Source: an uncultured virus (IMG/VR IMGVR_UViG_3300020474_000006) (taxonomy: Duplodnaviria; Heunggongvirae; Uroviricota; Caudoviricetes; Kyanoviridae). From it: DNA of 20,000 bases. Position numbers and translations under genes: made by a program. Every line of letters starts with the position of its first letter. Position 1 is the first letter of the stretch. The stretch is from positions 55,194 to 75,193 of the IMG/VR virus record IMGVR_UViG_3300020474_000006, one strand, 5' to 3'. The notes beneath the pieces were generated by a model. The model was not told the origin of the DNA. It saw only the letters and a program-made list of their open reading frames with translations, and did no database searches. This document shows positions 16,150-20,000 of the stretch, piece after piece.

Positions 16150-16298
16150 TGGTTTTTTACCTCCGGGAATTTTTTTGGGCACGGGGAATTTTTTTTTGTT
16201 TTATATATCTAAGTCGAATTGTCACCTCTGTAGGTTAGGGTAGTATGCGGTTTTTATATACGCCCCCATAAAACAAAACAACTGTCATATCACCCCTC

Positions 16299-16327
16299 AT
16301 CATATCACGGAGGAACACTGTTGTCAA
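16299..16327 (-). promoter_or_regulatory. Sigma70-type promoter with a leader of about 140 nt
   Basis: TTGACA (16327-16322), 17 bp, TATGAT (16304-16299), with TGn extension. Confidence 0.8.
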
Positions 16328-16396
16328 CCCCCGTGTTATAAGACTGCTAAGTGATACTCACTGTTCTGAGACTAATTGTCAGAAACTATCACCAGA

Positions 16397-16573
16397 CTAC
16401 CAACTGACAGGTACACTCAGGTCCTCTACGTAACTATCAATCACCTGCTCACTTCCTTCCAATTCAAATAGATTCTCCCAATCAATTTGATGCGGGTCAA
16501 AGTCTTCCATAACCTCTAAATCCAACGTGATGCGATAACGTTGTTTCTGTGTCTGACTGATAGCGACTGACAT
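16397..16573 (-). CDS. Small acidic hypothetical protein, 58 aa (MSVAISQTQKQRYRITLDLEV...)
   Basis: ATG 16573 follows a GGAG SD. The track's TTG start at 16603 begins inside the -10 box. Confidence 0.8.
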   Translation of the reverse strand: MSVAISQTQKQRYRITLDLEVMEDFDPHQIDWENLFELEGSEQVIDSYVEDLSVPVSW

Positions 16574-16602
16574 GAGACTGACTCCGTTGGTGTGACTTAA
16601 CA

Positions 16603-16631
16603 AGTATAGTATGCCTGAGGGATATTGTCAA
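16603..16631 (-). promoter_or_regulatory. Sigma70-type promoter
   Basis: TTGACA (16631-16626), 17 bp, TATACT (16608-16603). Confidence 0.85.
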
Positions 16632-16643
16632 TCTTCCAATCAG

Positions 16644-16651
16644 TATTTATA
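16644..16651 (-). promoter_or_regulatory. T4-type late promoter TATAAATA
   Basis: Exact match to the T4 gp55 late consensus, in intergenic DNA 12 bp upstream of the sigma70 -35 box. Confidence 0.6.
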
Positions 16652-16706
16652 AGAAACACTGATATTTTTGTGTTGTCAATCCCTGGTAAAACTTATGAGC
16701 GCCCCC

Positions 16707-16735
16707 TTGACATTTCTGCGAGTTCGTGATAGAGT
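16707..16735 (+). promoter_or_regulatory. Sigma70-type promoter on the + strand with no credible downstream CDS
   Basis: TTGACA (16707-16712), 17 bp, TAGAGT (16730-16735), with TGn extension. Divergent from the 16603-16631 promoter. Confidence 0.65.
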
Positions 16736-16801
16736 GGTCGCTAAGATCACTACTCTATGAGACATTAAAATCATCATAAGTATCACCCTATTATACATCT
16801 A

Positions 16802-16875
16802 AAACACACACTTTTCCACAGAAATACACCTTAATACACACGTTATCTAATACTTTTCCACAGAGGTGTGGAGAA
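16802..16875. promoter_or_regulatory. DnaA-box cluster (candidate origin or DnaA-binding locus)
   Basis: TTTTCCACA at 16812-16820 and 16854-16862, inverted TTCTCCACA at 16875-16867 and TAATACACA at 16832-16840. The first two match TTWTNCACA exactly and the other two have one mismatch. Confidence 0.65.
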
Positions 16876-16937
16876 CGCATATACATTTAAAAAGACATTT
16901 AATAACATAAAAAAGACTAATCTTTATATATTAGAGC

Positions 16938-16963
16938 AAAAAAGGGGTGTTTTTTACCCCTTT
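16938..16963 (-). terminator. Intrinsic terminator of the early small-gene array, possibly bidirectional
   Basis: Stem AAAGGGGT/ACCCCTTT with a 7-nt loop. A U-tract follows the GC core on the minus strand. It lies about 30 nt after the stop at 16993. Confidence 0.85.
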
Positions 16964-16992
16964 ATGTGTTATTCAGTTTTTTTGCTATCTAA

Positions 16993-17085
16993 TCAGTATA
17001 GTGCCTCAATTGCCTCCAGGATGAGAAGAATATCGTTGCCATTCTCAGCAGATTCGAGAGCAGCAAGGAGATCAGAATTAGACAT
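16993..17085 (-). CDS. Micro-protein, 30 aa (MSNSDLLAALESAENGNDILLILEAIEALY)
   Basis: Translated by hand. Helical amphipathic sequence lying between a leader hairpin and the terminator. Confidence 0.7.
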   Translation of the reverse strand: MSNSDLLAALESAENGNDILLILEAIEALY

Positions 17086-17157
17086 TTAAAAGTGTTAGAT
17101 AAGGGGTGTGATTGTCTGGGACTTACCGATGCAACGCTAACGTGCCCAGAGTGTTAA

Positions 17158-17358
17158 TTAAGAGGATAACATATCAGATAGAACATCTTCTCCATAGCAA
17201 TCAATAATCTCTTCTTTTATATCATCCAAATCATAATCTTTAAGGTTCTGTTCAATACTTTCAACAGCAAAAGTAATCAAAGAATTCATATCCATTCCTT
17301 CTACAATCATCTCTGCATAAGCATTCTTCAGTTGATCGATTTGATTGATAGTCATCAT
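17158..17358 (-). CDS. Small acidic hypothetical protein, 66 aa
   Basis: ORF track. 16 D/E against 3 K/R. Aligns without gaps to the 19230-19418 product. Confidence 0.85.
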   Translation of the reverse strand: MMTINQIDQLKNAYAEMIVEGMDMNSLITFAVESIEQNLKDYDLDDIKEEIIDCYGEDVLSDMLSS

Positions 17359-17390
17359 TTTAGAAAGTGTGAGTGAGTGTTACTTAGTGA

Positions 17391-17738
17391 TTATGCGAAG
17401 GTGTAACCGTTAGTGAATGTTTCGTTCTTATATACATTCTTACCGTTAATTGCACCAACGAAAAGTCTTACATACCACTGAAAGTTTTTCTGAAATACTC
17501 CCTCTCCGTCTACACAAAATTCAGTGCAAAGTGCATTGAGTCTAGACTTTGTTGTAGTAGACTGATACCCACCATCGAAGATTGTCATTGTATCATCAGT
17601 CACTTCAGCAATCTTGTTGCCGTGGAGACGTACAACAGAGACGTTTTCTTCTTCGTTAAAATGTACTGTTGTATTAGCATTAGACCAGTTCTGATTGTTG
17701 TGAATAGCAGCACACATTTGGGATTCGATCTTACGCAT
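17391..17738 (-). CDS. Conserved hypothetical phage protein, 115 aa
   Basis: MRKIESQM...VRLHGNKIA...DGGYQSTTTKSRLNAL, a pattern I recall from phage early regions. First gene after the promoter near 17790. Confidence 0.85.
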   Translation of the reverse strand: MRKIESQMCAAIHNNQNWSNANTTVHFNEEENVSVVRLHGNKIAEVTDDTMTIFDGGYQSTTTKSRLNALCTEFCVDGEGVFQKNFQWYVRLFVGAINGKNVYKNETFTNGYTFA

Positions 17739-17788
17739 GATTTTGTGAGTTGTGAAGTGGTGTGGGGTGCTGTCCCCTTGACTCTCTT

Positions 17789-17838
17789 AATATACACGGG
17801 ATGGCGATGCCCGGTAGTTCGTGGTGATACAAAACTAC
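17789..17838 (-). promoter_or_regulatory. Putative early promoter: -10 TATATT with palindrome GTAGTT-N13-AACTAC over the -35 position
   Basis: TATATT at 17794-17789. No canonical -35 (CTACCG at 17 bp). Inverted repeat at 17814-17819 and 17833-17838. GGGG/CCCC hairpin at 17764-17777 in the leader. Confidence 0.55.
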
Positions 17839-18200
17839 GAAAGAGAATCTAAAGGTTGTTTGTGCCGATTTTGGGACTGGCACCAACCCTTATATAATAC
17901 TTTCTCCATGTGATATGCTTGATCTTCTCTTACATTATCGGCAGTAATTCCTTGCTCATTCTGTACTACATGAACTAACTCATGTAATACCGTAGTGACA
18001 TAATCCTCCTCATTTAGATCATTGTGAATCTGAATAAATTGCTCCTTACCATTCTCCTCGGTAAATCCAAGTGCCTTATCATCACTTAGGTCCGTATGAT
18101 AAATTTCAACGTCGCTCGCAATCTCGTAACGCTCGGTGAAAAACTCGAAAACTTTCAAAGTAATACTGAGATGAGGAGAAGTATCAGAAGTGAATAACAT
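17835..18200 (-). CDS. Small zincin-like metallopeptidase (HExxH), 121 aa
   Basis: VTTVLHELVHVVQ motif, upstream ALGFT...IQI strands and a downstream REDQAY candidate third ligand. Confidence 0.75.
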   Translation of the reverse strand: MLFTSDTSPHLSITLKVFEFFTERYEIASDVEIYHTDLSDDKALGFTEENGKEQFIQIHNDLNEEDYVTTVLHELVHVVQNEQGITADNVREDQAYHMEKVLYKGWCQSQNRHKQPLDSLS

Positions 18201-18201
18201 T

Positions 18202-18402
18202 TTAGTTACTGAGAGTTTGAATTACATAAGAGATATGATCTTGAATTGATTGTTCCTCACCTAGCAATGCCATTTCATCAACCTCACTCCAATTATCATC
18301 TGATGTTTCTATTCCTCCCCCTACAAACATTGGTGTCTGTAGTAATACATTATCCTCTAATGTATAAGCACAACCGTGCTCTTTTGAGATGAAGATTTTC
18401 AT
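18202..18402 (-). CDS. Hypothetical protein, 66 aa
   Basis: ORF track. ATGA overlap with the upstream ORF and a 1-nt gap to the downstream ATG. Confidence 0.8.
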   Translation of the reverse strand: MKIFISKEHGCAYTLEDNVLLQTPMFVGGGIETSDDNWSEVDEMALLGEEQSIQDHISYVIQTLSN

Positions 18403-18530
18403 TGGTTGTTGATAGTGCGTTGGATTGTTTCGTTGCGGTCTTGTATGATTTGAGTCATGTTGCTATCTAACATTTCAATCATTAGATTCGCACCCAGAAT
18501 AGCAAACAATGCAAGAAAGAAAATTCTCAT
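18399..18530 (-). CDS. Small protein with a hydrophobic N-terminus, 43 aa (MRIFFLALFAILGANLMIEMLDSNMTQIIQDRNETIQRTINNQ)
   Basis: Translated by hand. ATGA overlaps with both neighbours. Confidence 0.8.
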   Translation of the reverse strand: MRIFFLALFAILGANLMIEMLDSNMTQIIQDRNETIQRTINNQ

Positions 18531-18700
18531 GAGGTGACAGGAATTGAAGTGATTGATTTAACTTGACGGGTATCAAGTTCCCGTGCTTCGTGATAGATCT
18601 TACAATTCAGTTTATATGCATTGATTGGTTTGATATTGCTCTTGCGATTAAACTTAGCAATAGATCCATCTTTAAACTTAACCTCAATATTGTATAACAT
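18527..18700 (-). CDS. Small basic hypothetical protein, 57 aa (MLYNIEVKFKDGS...)
   Basis: ATG 18700 lies 1 nt after the upstream stop and follows a GGAGGT SD. An alternative start at 18718 is possible. Confidence 0.75.
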   Translation of the reverse strand: MLYNIEVKFKDGSIAKFNRKSNIKPINAYKLNCKIYHEARELDTRQVKSITSIPVTS

Positions 18701-18701
18701 A

Positions 18702-18953
18702 TCAATCAGTACCTCCAAACATTTGATCGAATAATGACTTTCCTTCTAATTTGTAGATTCGATCCTCATCATCTTCAGTCGGTCTTTGTGACTCACGAAG
18801 TGATGCAAGAAAGTTAATTTGTGCTTGAATATCATCTACTTCATTCTGCAACTTCTCCTTTCTAAAGTTCAACTCCATGATAGACTTGTTGATTTCGACT
18901 GTGTTCATAGTCTTACGAATTGTGAGAGAATTGAGTTGATCTTTGATGTTCAT
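18702..18953 (-). CDS. Coiled-coil hypothetical protein, 83 aa
   Basis: ORF track. ATGA overlap with the upstream ORF. Heptad pattern in IMELNFRKEKLQNEVDDIQAQINFL. Confidence 0.8.
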   Translation of the reverse strand: MNIKDQLNSLTIRKTMNTVEINKSIMELNFRKEKLQNEVDDIQAQINFLASLRESQRPTEDDEDRIYKLEGKSLFDQMFGGTD

Positions 18954-19156
18954 TCTGCTGCCTGATCAAATGCTTCGTTGTAAACATCATAAAAAAGATC
19001 AAATGCAGCGAGATCGTTTGCAAAAGGCGCAGACATTTCGCAAACCCAATCATACGCCATATCTAAATCAGCATCGGTGCTGAGTAGGAAGGCAGGCAGG
19101 TCGCGCAGTGCTTGGACGAAAGCGGGATCAGTAAGGCGGAAGTTTGTTTTGTTCAT
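18950..19156 (-). CDS. Small acidic hypothetical protein, 68 aa, probably leaderless
   Basis: ORF track. The ATG lies 6 nt after a -10 box and has no SD. Confidence 0.85.
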   Translation of the reverse strand: MNKTNFRLTDPAFVQALRDLPAFLLSTDADLDMAYDWVCEMSAPFANDLAAFDLFYDVYNEAFDQAAE

Positions 19157-19162
19157 ACTGAT

Positions 19163-19221
19163 AGTATGGCAGATTTTGAGGTGATTTGCAACCGGTCTTG
19201 TGCCAGTTCTCCAACTGGTTT
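19163..19221 (-). promoter_or_regulatory. Early sigma70-type promoter with an upstream palindrome
   Basis: TTGCAA (19191-19186), 17 bp, CATACT (19168-19163), with TGn extension. Palindrome GTGCCAGTT-CTCC-AACTGGTTT at 19200-19221. Confidence 0.75.
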
Positions 19222-19229
19222 ATTTCTCT

Positions 19230-19418
19230 TTACTTTTGCAGCAAACTTGGGTTATATTGTTCTACCTCTTCAATCAATTCATCAACTGACAAACTATCCA
19301 ATTCTGCATTTTGCATATTCACAAAATACTCTTTCAGGTCATCTAGTGACATTTGATTCAAGTCCCATTGAATCAATTTCTCTTGGAGTTCATCACGATC
19401 GATAATGTTGTCAGTCAT
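19230..19418 (-). CDS. Small acidic hypothetical protein, 62 aa
   Basis: ORF track. 16 D/E against 4 K/R. Probable paralog of 17158-17358. Confidence 0.85.
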   Translation of the reverse strand: MTDNIIDRDELQEKLIQWDLNQMSLDDLKEYFVNMQNAELDSLSVDELIEEVEQYNPSLLQK

Positions 19419-19434
19419 TTGTGTTAGTTAAGAG

Positions 19435-19602
19435 TTAGAATACGTTGGTCCATGAATGATGCTTTGCAGCACTAATCCTACCATCTTTGAGTAATCCATC
19501 ACAAACACGACAGAATACTTCAAACTTCTCCAATCGTGTCAGATTAGAATCAATTTTGTTTGAAGTTTCACCGACGACTTTGAGAACTTGTGTTTTGAGC
19601 AT
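19435..19602 (-). CDS. Hypothetical protein, 55 aa (MLKTQVLKVVGETS...FCRVCDGLLKDGRIS...)
   Basis: Start moved to ATG 19602, 4 nt after the stop of the 19607-19786 ORF. Confidence 0.8.
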   Translation of the reverse strand: MLKTQVLKVVGETSNKIDSNLTRLEKFEVFCRVCDGLLKDGRISAAKHHSWTNVF

Positions 19603-19606
19603 GATG

Positions 19607-19786
19607 TTAGTTAGTGGCGTAAGTTTGTGCGATTGCATCAGTCTTAAAACGTCTGCATAGTTTAAACAGCAGTTTTAAATCATCCTTAATCACATATCGG
19701 AACGAATCTGATTCGATGATAAACTTATCATCCTCCAACCATACTTGTGGGAGTTGTTTTTTGTAGATAGGGAAGTCAGTTGGCAT
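19607..19786 (-). CDS. Hypothetical protein, 59 aa (MPTDFPIYKKQLPQVWLEDDKFIIESDSFRYVIKDDLKLLFKLCRRFKTDAIAQTYATN)
   Basis: Translated by hand. Fills the gap between its neighbours with 3-nt and 4-nt spacers. Confidence 0.8.
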   Translation of the reverse strand: MPTDFPIYKKQLPQVWLEDDKFIIESDSFRYVIKDDLKLLFKLCRRFKTDAIAQTYATN

Positions 19787-19789
19787 AAT

Positions 19790-19981
19790 TCAGGAATCGA
19801 GGAGAATAACTTCGTAAGATGTAAAGTCAGGATAGCACTTTTCTACCCATTTTGATAACTTATTGTTCTGTGATTTGATTCCCTTGTGTGTTGTTGGACG
19901 TGTGGGCATTGTCTTTAGAAAAGATGTATGTCCCCCTTCTCTTGTAACTTGAATCGAATAAGTTGCTGTTGTAGTTTGCAT
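19790..19981 (-). CDS. Hypothetical protein, 63 aa (MQTTTATYSIQVTREGG...)
   Basis: ORF track (TTG 19984). ATG 19981 is preferred. Closely packed with the next gene. Confidence 0.75.
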   Translation of the reverse strand: MQTTTATYSIQVTREGGHTSFLKTMPTRPTTHKGIKSQNNKLSKWVEKCYPDFTSYEVILLDS

Positions 19982-20000
19982 CAATTAGTGGGGAAGTTTT

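Larger units (their letters stand above)
16742..16965 (+). ncRNA. Possible non-coding or origin-associated transcript of about 220 nt
   Basis: Inferred only from the + strand promoter and the hairpin at 16941-16963. No RNA family recognised. Confidence 0.25.

Noticed and set aside
16235..16240. TTAGGG telomere-like hexamer
   Set aside because: Single copy with no tandem array.
16674..16679. Additional TTGACA on the minus strand
   Set aside because: No acceptable -10 box at 16-18 bp (TTTCTT at 17 bp).
16868..17089. 73-aa + strand ORF downstream of the + promoter
   Set aside because: Its GTG start is inside a DnaA box, it runs through the terminator hairpin, and it is antisense to the 30-aa ORF. 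A GAGG just upstream means it cannot be fully excluded.
17814..17830. Possible NtcA site (GTA...TAC)
   Set aside because: Spacing is N11, not the GTA-N8-TAC required.
17600..19405. Track ORFs 17600-17797(-), 17622-17852(+) and 19112-19405(+)
   Set aside because: They overlap real genes and promoter elements, with no start signals.
1..20000. CRISPR array, tRNA, intron/intein, transposase or reverse transcriptase
   Set aside because: By eye I found no regularly spaced repeat-spacer units, cloverleaf, splicing motifs or catalytic signatures. tRNAscan and HMM searches were not run.

Overview
AT-rich segment of a T4-like marine myovirus, most probably a cyanophage (inferred from gene order and protein motifs; no search was run). 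Every credible gene is on the minus strand. Bases 1-14054 hold the baseplate operon gp25-gp6-gp7. gp7 is a giant ORF that the supplied track misses: it starts at ATG 11556 and stays open past base 1 (at least 3852 codons). Bases 14082-16573 hold conserved hypothetical genes, a GT-A glycosyltransferase-like gene and a 43-aa basic peptide, driven by several near-consensus sigma70 promoters and T4-type late promoters. Bases 16993-20000 are an early-type array of small, often acidic, translationally coupled ORFs with palindrome-associated promoters, one of them apparently leaderless. The most striking element is the gene-free interval 16574-16992. It has divergent sigma70 promoters, a phased cluster of cyanobacterial-type DnaA boxes (TTTTCCACA), an AT-rich tract and a terminator. 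It is a candidate host-DnaA-binding origin or DnaA sink, which is unexpected in a T4-like phage.
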